A stretch of 64,000 bases of DNA from an uncultured Trueperaceae bacterium (GTDB lineage: Bacteria > Deinococcota > Deinococci > Deinococcales > Trueperaceae). The notes under the pieces are model-generated. The model was not told the DNA's origin and ran no database searches. It saw nothing but the letters and a program-made list of their open reading frames with translations. Shown piece by piece: positions 17,055-27,376 of the stretch; the stretch's first letter is position 1; each line of letters opens with the position of its first letter. The translations under genes were made by a program, and so were the position numbers. The DNA lies in assembly GCA_963727505.1 (NCBI GenBank), contig CAVSGP010000002.1:1-64000 (forward strand), given 5' to 3'.

Positions 17055-17738
17055 GTGTACGGGCACGAAGAGGTCTCGCGCACACCTCGTCGCGTCATGG
17101 TGGTCGCGCACGCGTTGGTCGCGGCGCTGGCCGGCTGGTTCCTGGTGGGCCCAGGCACCCTGGCCGTCGGGCACCTGCTGGGCGTGGCCTGGGTCCCGGG
17201 CGCCCCGGGCCGGCGCGCGCTGCTGCTCGCCTTCGGCATCGTCTTGTGGCTGCGCATGAGCGGCACCGCGCTCATGCTGCTGCGCCGCCGCTTCCGCTGG
17301 AACGAGATGGGCGCGGTCGTCGGCGGGGTGGCGCTCTACCAGCTCGGATTCGCGCTGCTCGGCGTCGGCTCGCCGCGCCCGTTGGGGCCCTGGGACGTCG
17401 TCGCCACCCTACTGTTCCTCGGTGGCGGGGCCTTGAACACCCTGTCGGAGTGGGCACGCTTGCGCTTCAAGTCCCGCCCCGAGAACCGCGGCAAGCTCTA
17501 CACGCACGGCGCCTTCGCACTCGTGCGCCACCCCAACTACCTGGGTGACTGCCTGTGGGGCGTCGGCTGGGCGCTCGCGACCCGCTCGCCCTGGTCGATC
17601 CTGATCGTCCTCGCCGAGATCTCGGGCTTCGTGTTCGTGAACATCCCGCAGCTGTCGGCCTATCTCGAGCAGCGCTACGGCGACGCCTACCGCGACTGGG
17701 CCCGGCGCACGGCCAGACTCGTTCCCTGGATCTACTAG
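17055..17738 (+). CDS. DUF1295 / steroid 5-alpha-reductase-like membrane protein
   Basis: Multi-TM; FKSRPENRGKLYT.G.F...RHPNYLGD; Y..W...T..LVPWIY. Confidence 0.8.
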   Translation: MYGHEEVSRTPRRVMVVAHALVAALAGWFLVGPGTLAVGHLLGVAWVPGAPGRRALLLAFGIVLWLRMSGTALMLLRRRFRWNEMGAVVGGVALYQLGFALLGVGSPRPLGPWDVVATLLFLGGGALNTLSEWARLRFKSRPENRGKLYTHGAFALVRHPNYLGDCLWGVGWALATRSPWSILIVLAEISGFVFVNIPQLSAYLEQRYGDAYRDWARRTARLVPWIY

Positions 17739-17748
17739 GTCACCGCCC

Positions 17749-19152
17749 TCACACCACCAGCGCCCCGTGCGCAGGCTCGAGCCTGGCGCTGAAGTGCCGC
17801 AGCACCGCCGGCGCATCCACCAGCCGCACGCCGCGGATGCGGTCCTTGCGCTCGTTGACGTAGGCGAGGACCTCGATGAGGTAGTCGACATGGCTCTGGG
17901 TGTAGGTGCGGCGCGGGAACGCCAGCCGCACCAGCTCCATCGGTGCGGGCTTCTCGCTGCCGTCGGGCTGCCGCCCGAACATCACCGAGCCGATCTCCAC
18001 CGAGCGCACGCCCCCCTCCAGGTAGAGCACCAGGGACAGCGCCCAGGCCGGGAACTCGCTCTGCGGCATGTGCGGCAACATGGCCCGCGCATCGATGTAG
18101 ATGGCGTGCCCGCCCGGTGGCTGCACGATCGGCACGCCCAGGTCCGTGAGACGCTCGCCCAGGTACGCGATGCTGCGCAGCCGGTAGCGCAGGTAGGGCT
18201 CCTGCAGCGCTTCGTGGAAACCCACCGCCAGCGCCTCGAGGTCGTAACCAGCCAGCCCTCCGTAGGTCGGGAAGCCCTCGCTGAGGATGAGCAGGTTGCG
18301 CGCGGACTCGGCCAGGGCGTCGTCGTTCAGGGCCAGGAAGCCGCCGATGTTGGCCATGCCGTCCTTCTTGGCGCTCATGGTGGCACCGTCGGCATGGCTG
18401 AACATCTCCTGGGCGATCGCCAGCGGCGTCGCGTCGGCGTAGCCCTCCTCGCGGAGCTTGATGAAGTAGGCGTTCTCGGCGAAGCGGCAGCAGTCCAGGA
18501 ACAGCGGCACGCCATGCTCGCGGCAGATGCGGCTGACCTCGCGAAGGTTGGCCATGCTCACCGGCTGCCCGCCGCCGGAGTTGTTGGTGACCGTGACCAT
18601 CACCAGCGGCACCTTGCCCGGGTTCTCGGCCAGCGCTTGCTCGAGCCGCTCGGTGTCGAGGTTGCCCTTGAAGGGGTGACGGTTCGAGGGCTCGAGCCCT
18701 TCCGGGATCGGCAGGTCGAGCGCCGTGGCGCCGGCGTTCTCGACGTTAGCGCGGGTGGTGTCGAAGTGCGTGTTGTTCGGCACGATGTCGCCCGGCTTCA
18801 GAGCGACGCCGGCAAGGATGCGCTCGGCCGCCCGTCCCTGGTGGGTGGGCAGGATGTGGGCGAAGCCGGTGATCTCGCGCACCGCCGCCTCGAAGCGGTA
18901 GAACGAGCGCCCACCGGCGTAGCTCTCGTCACCGCGCATCATCCCCGCCCACTGCTCGCTCGACATGGCGCCGGTACCGGAGTCGGTGAGCAGGTCGATG
19001 AGCACGTCGTCGGCGTGGAGCTTGAAGAGGTTGTAGCCGGCGACGGCCAGAGCAGCCTCACGCTCGTCGCGTGTGGTGAAGCGGATGGGCTCGACCGCCT
19101 TGATTCGGAACGGCTCGATGATGGTCGTGAAGTGCGGATCGCGGGTCGGCAT
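17749..19152 (-). CDS. tnaA: Tryptophanase
   Basis: IDLLTDSGTGAMS, MSAKKDG, EGFPTYGGL. C-terminal LRHFSARL has His as in TnaA rather than Phe as in tyrosine phenol-lyase. Confidence 0.85.
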   Translation of the reverse strand: MPTRDPHFTTIIEPFRIKAVEPIRFTTRDEREAALAVAGYNLFKLHADDVLIDLLTDSGTGAMSSEQWAGMMRGDESYAGGRSFYRFEAAVREITGFAHILPTHQGRAAERILAGVALKPGDIVPNNTHFDTTRANVENAGATALDLPIPEGLEPSNRHPFKGNLDTERLEQALAENPGKVPLVMVTVTNNSGGGQPVSMANLREVSRICREHGVPLFLDCCRFAENAYFIKLREEGYADATPLAIAQEMFSHADGATMSAKKDGMANIGGFLALNDDALAESARNLLILSEGFPTYGGLAGYDLEALAVGFHEALQEPYLRYRLRSIAYLGERLTDLGVPIVQPPGGHAIYIDARAMLPHMPQSEFPAWALSLVLYLEGGVRSVEIGSVMFGRQPDGSEKPAPMELVRLAFPRRTYTQSHVDYLIEVLAYVNERKDRIRGVRLVDAPAVLRHFSARLEPAHGALVV

Positions 19153-19303
19153 ACCGCCTCCTGTGCCGACGAGTCTACCGCGGCGTCAGATCGCGGGGTC
19201 CGGCGCGTTCGCGGGCGGCGCGGTGCGAGACCGGCGCCCGGGACACCGTCCGGCGGGCCGCGACCGGTGTGCAAGACTACGGGCAAGTGTAGGGAGGCTC
19301 TTC

Positions 19304-20713
19304 GTGCGCAAAGTGAAGGTCGCCATCCTCGGTGCGGGCACCGCCGGTCTCACGGCCCTCGGCGTGGTCCGCAAACACACCGACGACTTCGTGATCATCA
19401 ACCACGGCCCCTACGGGACCACCTGCGCCCGCGTCGGCTGCATGCCGTCGAAGGCGCTCATCCAGATTGCCAACGACTTCCATCGGCGTCGCAGCTTCGA
19501 CGCGGTCGGCATCCGCGGCGGCGACACCCTGAGCATGGACGTGGCCGCGGCGCTGGCCTGGGTCCGTGACTACCGTGACGCCCGTGTCGGGCCCAACCTG
19601 AAGCCGACCGACCGGATCGGCGACCGCAACCTCCCGGGCCGCGCCACCTTCCTCGGGCCCGACGAGCTGGTGGTGGCGCGCGCCGACGGCAGCGAGGAAC
19701 GCATCCGGGCCGAGGCGGTGATCGTGGCGACGGGCTCGACGCCGATCGTGCCTGCACCGTGGCGCGCGTTCGGTGAGCGTGTGCTCACCACCGACACCCT
19801 CTTCGAGCAAGCCGACCTCCCGCGCCGACTCGCGGTGGTGGGGCTGGGCGCGATCGGCCTGGAGCTCGGCCAGGCTCTGGCTCGCCTCGGTCTCGAGGTC
19901 ACCGGCTTCGAGATGCGCGACACGCTCGCCAGCCTCACGGACCCCGAGCTGCAGTCCGAGGCCGCGCAACACTTCGCGTCCGAGTTCGCGGTGCACCTCG
20001 GCCACGCCGTGGAGATCACCTCCGCCGGCGACGCCCTGCGCGTCGTCGCCGGCGACCGTGAGGCCACGGTCGACGCGGTCCTGGCCGCTCTCGGGCGCTC
20101 CTCCAATGTCTCGGAGCTGGGGCTCGAGCGCCTCGGTCTGCCCCTGGACGAGCGTGGCCTGCCCCCCTTCGACCCGGACACCATGCAGGTCGGCGACCTT
20201 CCCATCTACATCGCCGGCGACGTCGACGCCGATCGCGTCGTCATGCACGAGGCCTCGGACGAGGGGTTCATCGCGGCCTGGAACGCCCTGCACGGGCCGA
20301 CCCGTTTCCGGCGCAGGACGCCGCTGGCGATCGCCTTCACCGATCCCGAGATCGCCATGGTCGGCCTGCCGTACGCTTCCCTCCCCGAGGGAACGGTGAG
20401 CGCGTCCCACGACTTCTCCCGCCAGAGCCGGGCCATCGCCATGCGCAGCGCCGCGGGCATGCTGAAGGTGTACGCCGCGCCGGGCAGCGGGCGCCTGCTC
20501 GGCGCCGAGCTGATGACGCCCCACGGCGAGCACCTGGCGCACCTGCTGGCGCTCGCCATCGAGCGTGAGATGTCCGTCGCGGAGGTCCTGACGATGCCGA
20601 TCTACCACCCGGTGCTCGAGGAGGGCCTGCGCTCCGCGCTGCGGAGTCTGGCCCGGAAGGCCTACGGCGAAGCGCCCCTCGAGTTCCGACGCCTCGACGA
20701 CAGCTCGTCCTGA
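19304..20713 (+). CDS. Dihydrolipoamide dehydrogenase-family flavoprotein
   Basis: GAGTAG, GTTCARVGCMPSK, GLGAIGLE, YHPVLEEG. Confidence 0.88.
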   Translation: MRKVKVAILGAGTAGLTALGVVRKHTDDFVIINHGPYGTTCARVGCMPSKALIQIANDFHRRRSFDAVGIRGGDTLSMDVAAALAWVRDYRDARVGPNLKPTDRIGDRNLPGRATFLGPDELVVARADGSEERIRAEAVIVATGSTPIVPAPWRAFGERVLTTDTLFEQADLPRRLAVVGLGAIGLELGQALARLGLEVTGFEMRDTLASLTDPELQSEAAQHFASEFAVHLGHAVEITSAGDALRVVAGDREATVDAVLAALGRSSNVSELGLERLGLPLDERGLPPFDPDTMQVGDLPIYIAGDVDADRVVMHEASDEGFIAAWNALHGPTRFRRRTPLAIAFTDPEIAMVGLPYASLPEGTVSASHDFSRQSRAIAMRSAAGMLKVYAAPGSGRLLGAELMTPHGEHLAHLLALAIEREMSVAEVLTMPIYHPVLEEGLRSALRSLARKAYGEAPLEFRRLDDSSS

Positions 20714-20783
20714 CCGCGCCCGCCCTCGATGCCGGGTGGGCCCGTATGGCGACGCGTGGTGAGCGCACGCACGGGCCGAAGCG

Positions 20784-21938
20784 CTAGCCCAGGAACGCCT
20801 CGATGCGCACCAGCGCCTCCCGCACGTTGTCGAGGCTGGTGGCGTAACTGAAGCGAGCCTGCCCCGGCGCCAGGAAGTCGGTGCCCGGCACGGCAGCGAC
20901 CCGTGCCTCCTCCAACAGCCGCAGCGCCGCCTTGCCCTCGTCGGCGTCGATGGCGGTGAGGTCGGCCATGACGTAGAACGCGCCCTGGGGCTTCGGCGTG
21001 GCGAGGCCCAGCCGGTTGAGGCCCTCGACCAGCACGTCGCGCCGTTCCCGGTAGGCTGCGCGCGTCATCTCCTGGAAGGCGCGCGTCTTCTCCACCTCGT
21101 TGAGCGCCGCAGTGGCGGCATACTGCGCCAGCGCGTTGGCGCCGCTGGTGACCTGGCTCTGCAACCGGTTCATGGCCTTGACGAGCTCGCGCGGGCCCGC
21201 GCCGTAGCCGATGCGCCAGCCGGTCAGGGCGTAGCCCTTGCTGGCGCCGTGGATCACGAGCGTGCGCTCCGGCGCGTAGCGTCCGGCGGGCGTGAAGGTT
21301 CCGTCGTAGATGAGGTGCTCGTAGAGCTCGTCGCTGAACACCCACAGGTCGTGCTCGGCGGCCAGCCCCACGATGTCGCGCACCAGCTGGGTGGGATACA
21401 CCGCACCGGTGGGGTTGGACGGTGAGTTGATCAGCACGACCTTGGTGCGCTCGCTGATGGCCGCGCGGACGGCGTCCAGGGACGGCAGGAAGCCGTCTTC
21501 GGGGCGGGTGTGCACGGGTACCGGAACGCCGCCGGCGAGGGTGATCTGCGGCGGGTAGCTCACCCAGGTGGGCGCCATCAGCACGACCTCGTCGCCGGGC
21601 TCGAGCACCGCCTGGAAGGCGTTGTAGAGGACCTGCTTGCCGCCCGTCGAGACGATCACCTGGTCGGGCTCGAAGGCGAGCCCGTTCTCCCGCGAGAACT
21701 TCGCGCATACCGCCTGGCGCAGCTCCAGCGTGCCCTCGGAGGGGGTGTACTTGGTCAACCCCAGCCGGATCGCTTCCCGCGCCGCCTCCATCACGTGCTC
21801 GGGCGGCTGGAAGTCCGGCTCGCCGGCGGTCATCGCGATGACGTCGATGCCCTGCCGCCGCAGGTCCGCCGCCCGCGTGTTGAAGGCGATGGTCGAGGAC
21901 GCCTTGAGCTGCTTGATCCGCTGTGAGAGTCCGGGCAT
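20784..21938 (-). CDS. aspC: Aspartate/pyridoxal-phosphate aminotransferase class I
   Basis: AGEPDF, NSPSNPTG, SDELY, SKGYALTGWRIGY. Confidence 0.85.
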   Translation of the reverse strand: MPGLSQRIKQLKASSTIAFNTRAADLRRQGIDVIAMTAGEPDFQPPEHVMEAAREAIRLGLTKYTPSEGTLELRQAVCAKFSRENGLAFEPDQVIVSTGGKQVLYNAFQAVLEPGDEVVLMAPTWVSYPPQITLAGGVPVPVHTRPEDGFLPSLDAVRAAISERTKVVLINSPSNPTGAVYPTQLVRDIVGLAAEHDLWVFSDELYEHLIYDGTFTPAGRYAPERTLVIHGASKGYALTGWRIGYGAGPRELVKAMNRLQSQVTSGANALAQYAATAALNEVEKTRAFQEMTRAAYRERRDVLVEGLNRLGLATPKPQGAFYVMADLTAIDADEGKAALRLLEEARVAAVPGTDFLAPGQARFSYATSLDNVREALVRIEAFLG

Positions 21939-22012
21939 GTCCCACCTCGCTGGGCGCCACCGAGCCCCGGCAGCGGTCCGGCGCCCTGCCCGCTGCCTTG
22001 CCGTCCGCCCGC

Positions 22013-22435
22013 CTAGGGCAGCAGCTCGCTCCGCTCGAAGAAGATACCGATCTCACGCTCCGCCGTGGCGGGCGCGTCCGAGCCGTGCGCGACGTTCTCG
22101 TCGATGACGAGCGCGAAATCGCCGCGGATCGTGCCGGGCGCGGCGTCGGCGGGGTTGGTGGCGCCCATCATCTTGCGCCACTCCAGGATCGCGTTCTCCC
22201 CTTCGATCACCATGGCGACGACGGGGCCGCTGGTGATGAACGAGACCAGCCCCTCGTAGAAGGGCTTGCCCTCGTGCTCGCCGTAATGGTGCTCGGCCAG
22301 CTCGCGGGAGATGTGCATCAGCTTCATGCCGACGATGCGGAAACCCCTCGTCTCGAGGCGCTTCACGACATCGCCGACCAGCCCACGGCGGACGCCGTCG
22401 GGCTTGACCATCGCAAAGGTACGTTCGATCGACAT
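22013..22435 (-). CDS. ndk: Nucleoside diphosphate kinase
   Basis: [31 protein letters not shown]. Confidence 0.97.
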   Translation of the reverse strand: MSIERTFAMVKPDGVRRGLVGDVVKRLETRGFRIVGMKLMHISRELAEHHYGEHEGKPFYEGLVSFITSGPVVAMVIEGENAILEWRKMMGATNPADAAPGTIRGDFALVIDENVAHGSDAPATAEREIGIFFERSELLP

Positions 22436-22501
22436 GACGGCGGTATCGTATCACGCGCCCCGCGCGTTCACGCCCGCGGGCGCTTCCACGCGCACGGCGC
22501 G

Positions 22502-22987
22502 CTACAGCGCCAGGATGCTCTCGAGCTGCGCCAGGTGGTTGATGTCGTGCCCGGCCAGGAAGCGCACCATCAGGTCCACGCTCTCGAAGCCGCGCTCGGG
22601 GTGATACCCCTCGGCCAGCCAGTCCTCCAGCGTCAGCGTCGTCAAGAGCGCCAGGTTCCAGGCACGTAGGCCGCGGAACGCTTCGACCGCCAGCGCAGGG
22701 TCGAGACGTGCGTAGCGCTCCGCCCACACGTCCTGGTCGAACGCCGGCAGCTCGACGCCGGGCTCGGCCAACGTCTGGCGCACGCGGAAGCCCATCCCCA
22801 GCTCGACGTCGGCCAGGTGCGCGAAGAGGTGACGGGCGTCCCACTTGCCGACGCCGTAACTGCTCTCCAGCTCGCTCGGCGCCATCTCCTCCAACAGCGC
22901 CGCCAGACGCTGCGGGGTCGCCTGCAGCACCTCGATGGGGTCATGCTCCCCGAGACGATCGAGGATCCGTTGCATGTAAGCGTTCAT
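22502..22987 (-). CDS. DinB-family protein
   Basis: GKW...HLADVE...FDQDVWA...HPERG...AGHDINHL. Confidence 0.85.
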   Translation of the reverse strand: MNAYMQRILDRLGEHDPIEVLQATPQRLAALLEEMAPSELESSYGVGKWDARHLFAHLADVELGMGFRVRQTLAEPGVELPAFDQDVWAERYARLDPALAVEAFRGLRAWNLALLTTLTLEDWLAEGYHPERGFESVDLMVRFLAGHDINHLAQLESILAL

Positions 22988-23017
22988 GCCGCCCACTCTA
23001 GCCCTCGGAGGCACCCC

Positions 23018-24160
23018 TCAGCTCGCGCTGATGGGGGCGTCGGTGAAGAGCTCGCCGCGCTCGTAGATGAGCAGGAAGGCGTCGACCACGCGCGGGTCGA
23101 ACTGCTTCCCGGTCTGCGCGCGGATCTCGGCGACCGCCTGCTCCGGCGACACCGCCTTGCGGTGGATGCGGTCATGGGTGAGCGCATCGAAGGTGTCGGC
23201 CACCGCCAGTAGGCGCGACTCGATGGGAGTGGCTTCGCCGGCCAGGCCCTGCGGGTAGCCGGTGCCGTCCCACCGTTCGTGGTGCGTGAGCGCGATGGTC
23301 TCGGCGAGCTTCATGAGCGGCGAGCGCCCGCCAGAGAGCAGCTCCGCACCGGCCCGGGCGTGCCCCTTGACCACCTCGAACTCGGCCGCCGTGAGCCGGC
23401 CGGGCTTCAGCAGGATGCCGTCAGGGATCGCGATCTTGCCGACGTCATGGAGCCTGGCCGCGCGCAGCACCAGGTCGACGCGTTCGGCACCGAGGTCGAG
23501 CTCCTGGGCCAGCAGCGCACACGAGCGCGCCACCCGCCAGGTGTGCTCGCCGGTATCGTCGTCGCGGTACTCGGCGGCCTTCGCCAGACGGATGAGCATC
23601 TCCACGTGCGCGTTCTCGAGCTCGCGGGTACGCTGCTGCACCATCGCTTCGAGGCGCTCGTTGTTGTGCTGGAGTTGCTGGTGGAAGTAGCGCGCCTCCA
23701 GCAGGTTGCGGATCCGCAACCGCACCTCGACCGGGTTGATGGGCTTCACCAGGAAGTCCTTGGCGCCGCTCGAGAGCGCCGTCTCCTTCAGATCGGGGCG
23801 ATCGTCGCCGGTGAGCATCAGGATCGGGAAGTAGTCGGGCAGGTAGGGACGGAGCTCCTCGATGACCTCCAGGCCGTCCTTGCCCGGCATGTGGTGGTCG
23901 AGGACCATCAGGTCGGGGCGCTCCTCCAGGAAATGCTCGAGCGCCTTGCGCGGGTCGTCCAGCGTCGACACGTGGGTATACCCCGCGCGCTGGAGGATCC
24001 CCTTGAGGATCACCAGGATGGTCTCTTCGTCGTCGACCAGAAGGATCTTCAGGCTGGTCAGGTCCACGCTGTGCGCATCATAGGCCGCGCCGGTCCGACG
24101 CGCCATCAGGTTTTTCCTATCGGCGGGCCCGGTTCGTTCGTCCATCGTCACGGCGCCCAC
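23018..24160 (-). CDS. Response regulator with HD-GYP c-di-GMP phosphodiesterase domain
   Basis: REC domain (ILLVDD, D.HMPG, KP) plus LHDVGK and HHERWDGTGYP; exact start uncertain. Confidence 0.92.
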   Translation of the reverse strand: MGAVTMDERTGPADRKNLMARRTGAAYDAHSVDLTSLKILLVDDEETILVILKGILQRAGYTHVSTLDDPRKALEHFLEERPDLMVLDHHMPGKDGLEVIEELRPYLPDYFPILMLTGDDRPDLKETALSSGAKDFLVKPINPVEVRLRIRNLLEARYFHQQLQHNNERLEAMVQQRTRELENAHVEMLIRLAKAAEYRDDDTGEHTWRVARSCALLAQELDLGAERVDLVLRAARLHDVGKIAIPDGILLKPGRLTAAEFEVVKGHARAGAELLSGGRSPLMKLAETIALTHHERWDGTGYPQGLAGEATPIESRLLAVADTFDALTHDRIHRKAVSPEQAVAEIRAQTGKQFDPRVVDAFLLIYERGELFTDAPISAS

Positions 24161-24341
24161 GGGGTGGTCGCTCGGAGGTCGCGGCGGGGGGTCACTGGCA
24201 GTCTGCGCACGGCCCTACCCTAGCCAGAACCGGCTGACGGGCTTCTTACCCGGCCGCGAAGCGCGGCGCTGCTCCGCGGCGAGCCCAACGTCGGCCCGCG
24301 GCCGCGCCCCGGCCGCCCGGCGCGCCGCGCCCCGGCAAGAG

Positions 24342-24376
24342 CGCGCCGCGCCGCCCCTCGGGGGCGGCGCGGCGCG
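24342..24376 (-). terminator. 16-bp GC stem-loop at the end of the nuo operon
   Basis: cgcgccgcgccgcccc-tcg-ggggcggcgcggcgcg just downstream of the nuoN stop. Confidence 0.6.
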
Positions 24377-24398
24377 GGAACGGGCGCCGGAGACCAGC

Positions 24399-25865
24399 CT
24401 ACATGTGCGCCAGCAGATGCTGGCCGCTGCCCAGCAGGCCGTACCACCAGCCGGGGAACAGGCCGAACAGCACCGTCCCCACCGCGGCCACGCCGATGGC
24501 GAAGGCGGCCGCCGAGCTGCGGAAGCCCTCCGCCTCGTACTCCGGCTCGCGGAAGTACATGTAGGTGATGACGCGGAAGTAGTACACGAGCGCCACCACG
24601 CTGGTCAGGATGCCGATGACGGCCAGCGCCACGTAACCCGCCGAGATGGCGGCCTGGAACACCAGGATCTTCCCGGCGAAGCCGGCCAGCGGCGGGATAC
24701 CGCCAAGACTCAACATGAACAGCGTCATCGCGAACGCCAGTGCCGGCCGCCGCCGCCCCAGGCCCGCGAAGCGTTCCAGGTCGTCGCCGCGGTCGTTGGC
24801 GTCGCTCACCTGCATCAGCACCGCGAACGCGCCCACGTTCATCAAGGTATAGGCCGCCAGGTACCAGGCCACGGCGCGCACGCCGTCGGGCCCGGCCAGC
24901 ACCGCCAGCCCCAGGTAGCCCGCGTGCGCCACGGCCGAGTAGGCCAGCATGCGCTTGACGCCCGTCTGCAACAGCGCCGCCAGGTTGCCGATCACCAGCG
25001 TGAGCCCCACCATCACGGCCAGCGTCGTGAGCAGCCAGGGCTCCATTCCGGGGTAGATGGTGGCGGCGATGCGGATCAACGCCGCGAACGCCGCGGTCTT
25101 GACGACCACGCTCATGAACGTCGTCACCGAGGTCGGTGCCCCGGTGTAGACGTCGGGTGCCCACTGGTGGAAGGGGGCGATGGCCGCCTTGAAGCCGAGT
25201 CCTGCGAGCACCAGCGCCCCGCCGAGGGTGGCCAGCAGGGGCGCCGTGAAGCCGGCGCTGCTCAGGGCGGCGATGATGTCGGCGTAGACGAAGCTGCCGG
25301 TGGCGCCGTAGGTGAGTGCGGCGCCGTAGATCAGGATGGCGGAGCCGAAGGCGCCGAGCAGGAAGTACTTCATGCCCGCTTCCTCGGACTGCCGCGCGTC
25401 CTGCCGCCAGGCGGACAGCACATACACCGGCAGCGACATGATCTCCAGGCCGAGCAGCAGCGTGATGAGGTCGCCGGCGCCGGCCATGATCATGGCGCCG
25501 GTGGCGGAGAACAGGATGAGCGGGTAGTACTCGGGCTGGTCGAGGCCGCTGCGTTTCAGGTAGTCGTAGCTGACCAGCACCGCAAGCACCGTGCCGACCA
25601 GGATGACGAAGTTGAGCGCCAGGCCGGGGGTGTCGGCCAGGAAGCGCAGCCCGAAGCTCGAGCTCGCGCCGCTGGTGCTGTGAAGCACCCACAGGTTGGC
25701 GTTGAGCGCGCCTGCAACGACCGCGCCGACCATGGCGAGCCAGGCGCTGGAGCGGCCGTCGCGCTGGAACAGTGCGAACAAGGTGGTGATGGCCGCGGTG
25801 ATGAGCAGCGCCAGCTCGGGGGCGAAGTTCGCCCAGTGGATGTCGATGACGGGCGGGAAGGTCAT
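24399..25865 (-). CDS. nuoN: NADH-quinone oxidoreductase subunit N
   Basis: EAGMKYFLLG, FKAAIAPFHQWAPDVYTGAP, KRMLAYS. Confidence 0.95.
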   Translation of the reverse strand: MTFPPVIDIHWANFAPELALLITAAITTLFALFQRDGRSSAWLAMVGAVVAGALNANLWVLHSTSGASSSFGLRFLADTPGLALNFVILVGTVLAVLVSYDYLKRSGLDQPEYYPLILFSATGAMIMAGAGDLITLLLGLEIMSLPVYVLSAWRQDARQSEEAGMKYFLLGAFGSAILIYGAALTYGATGSFVYADIIAALSSAGFTAPLLATLGGALVLAGLGFKAAIAPFHQWAPDVYTGAPTSVTTFMSVVVKTAAFAALIRIAATIYPGMEPWLLTTLAVMVGLTLVIGNLAALLQTGVKRMLAYSAVAHAGYLGLAVLAGPDGVRAVAWYLAAYTLMNVGAFAVLMQVSDANDRGDDLERFAGLGRRRPALAFAMTLFMLSLGGIPPLAGFAGKILVFQAAISAGYVALAVIGILTSVVALVYYFRVITYMYFREPEYEAEGFRSSAAAFAIGVAAVGTVLFGLFPGWWYGLLGSGQHLLAHM

Positions 25866-27376
25866 CGGCTACCTCCAAGCGCGTCGGCGAGCGCGGCGGG
25901 TCCGGCCTGGGCCGCGAGCGCGGCCGCGGGTGGGGGTGGGGCCGGCGCCTGGGCCGTCGTCACCGGCGTGGCGATCAGTTGCGACTGCTCCTGGATGCGC
26001 TCCAGTTGCGGCGCGGGCGACAGTCCCAGCCACAGGATGCCGGCGATCAGCGGGATGAGGGCGAAGGTCTCCAGCGCGCCGATCTCGCGGGTCGCCTCGC
26101 GCTCCTCACCCTGGTACAGGCGTTGGTAGAAGTTCACGCCGTACACGCCGGCCGCGATGACCGACAGGGTGGCGAGCGCGGCCAGCCAGGGGTGGTGCTG
26201 GTAGGCGCCCAGCAGGCTCAAGAACTCGCCCGGGAAGTTGGCGAGGCCGGGCACGCCGATGGCGGTGAAGAGCACGAACAGGCTGAGGGCAGCGAGCGCC
26301 GGGGCGCTGCGCGCGAGCCCGCCGAAGCGGTCGAGGTCGAAGCTGTGACGGCGGTCGTAGAGCATGCCGGAGATGAGGAACAGCCCGCCGGTGGAGAGCA
26401 TCTGCGCGGCCAGCAGGAAGATGGCGCCGTTGAGCCCCGTCAGGTGCAGGCCGAAGATGCCCACCCCCACGATGCCCATGTGAGACAGCGAGGCGTAGGC
26501 GAGCAACCGTTTCATGTCGGTCTGGGCGGTGGCCGCGACGGCACCGTAGAGCGCCGTCACCACCGCCAGCACCAGCAGCACCGGGCCCACCCGCTCGACG
26601 CCGACCGGCAGCAGCGGCATGGCCCAGGCGAAGAACCCGAAGCCGCCCACCTTGTACAGCGTGCCGGCGACGTCGGCCGCGCCGGAGGGGTGGTTCTGTT
26701 CGTTGAAGTCGATCAGCCAGGAGTGCAGCGGCCACATCGGCAGCTTCACGGCCATGCCGATGGCCAGGCCCACGAACAGCCACACCTGAGTGGCGTTCGC
26801 CAGGTGCGGCGTGGCGGCCATGAGGTCGGCGAAGCGGTAGCTCACCGCGCCCGACAGCGGCTTGATCGCCAGGATGCTGATGAGCATCAGGAAGCTGCCG
26901 CCGATGGCGTAGACCAGGTACTTCAGCACGGCCGCGCGGCGCTTCTCGCGCCCGAACATACCGAGCAGCAGCAGGCTGGGGATGAGCGTCACCTCCCAGG
27001 CCACGTAGAACAGGATCAGGTCACGCGACAGGAAGATGCCGGCGAGGCCCGCCTGCATCAGCAGCAGCAGCGCCACGAAAACGCCGGGGCCGCGTTCGAC
27101 GCGGCGCGCGGCAACCAGCACCGTGGGGATCATGGTGAGCGCCGCGACCAGGGTGAGCACCACGCCGGCGCCGGTGGGCTCGAGCGTGAAGGTCGCGCCG
27201 AAGCCGGGGATCCAGGGGGTGCTGACGCCGGCGCTTCCCGGCAGGAAGAGCGCCAGAACGAAGGTGGCGAGCGTGCTGATGAGCCCGAAGAGCAGCGTCG
27301 CCGAGCGGCGGGCGCCAGCCAGGCCGGTCACCACCGCGAACGCCAGCGGGATGAGGATGACGAAGAGGCCGATCAC
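25862..27376 (-). CDS. nuoM: NADH-quinone oxidoreductase subunit M
   Basis: FYVAWE, VKLPMWPLHSWL, KRLLAYASLSHMG, PGLANFPGE. Confidence 0.95.
   Translation of the reverse strand: MIGLFVILIPLAFAVVTGLAGARRSATLLFGLISTLATFVLALFLPGSAGVSTPWIPGFGATFTLEPTGAGVVLTLVAALTMIPTVLVAARRVERGPGVFVALLLLMQAGLAGIFLSRDLILFYVAWEVTLIPSLLLLGMFGREKRRAAVLKYLVYAIGGSFLMLISILAIKPLSGAVSYRFADLMAATPHLANATQVWLFVGLAIGMAVKLPMWPLHSWLIDFNEQNHPSGAADVAGTLYKVGGFGFFAWAMPLLPVGVERVGPVLLVLAVVTALYGAVAATAQTDMKRLLAYASLSHMGIVGVGIFGLHLTGLNGAIFLLAAQMLSTGGLFLISGMLYDRRHSFDLDRFGGLARSAPALAALSLFVLFTAIGVPGLANFPGEFLSLLGAYQHHPWLAALATLSVIAAGVYGVNFYQRLYQGEEREATREIGALETFALIPLIAGILWLGLSPAPQLERIQEQSQLIATPVTTAQAPAPPPPAAALAAQAGPAALADALGGSR

Noticed and set aside
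17749..19152. Tyrosine phenol-lyase assignment
   Set aside because: DSGTGAM and C-terminal LRHF match tryptophanase rather than TPL (DSGTNAM, LRFF).
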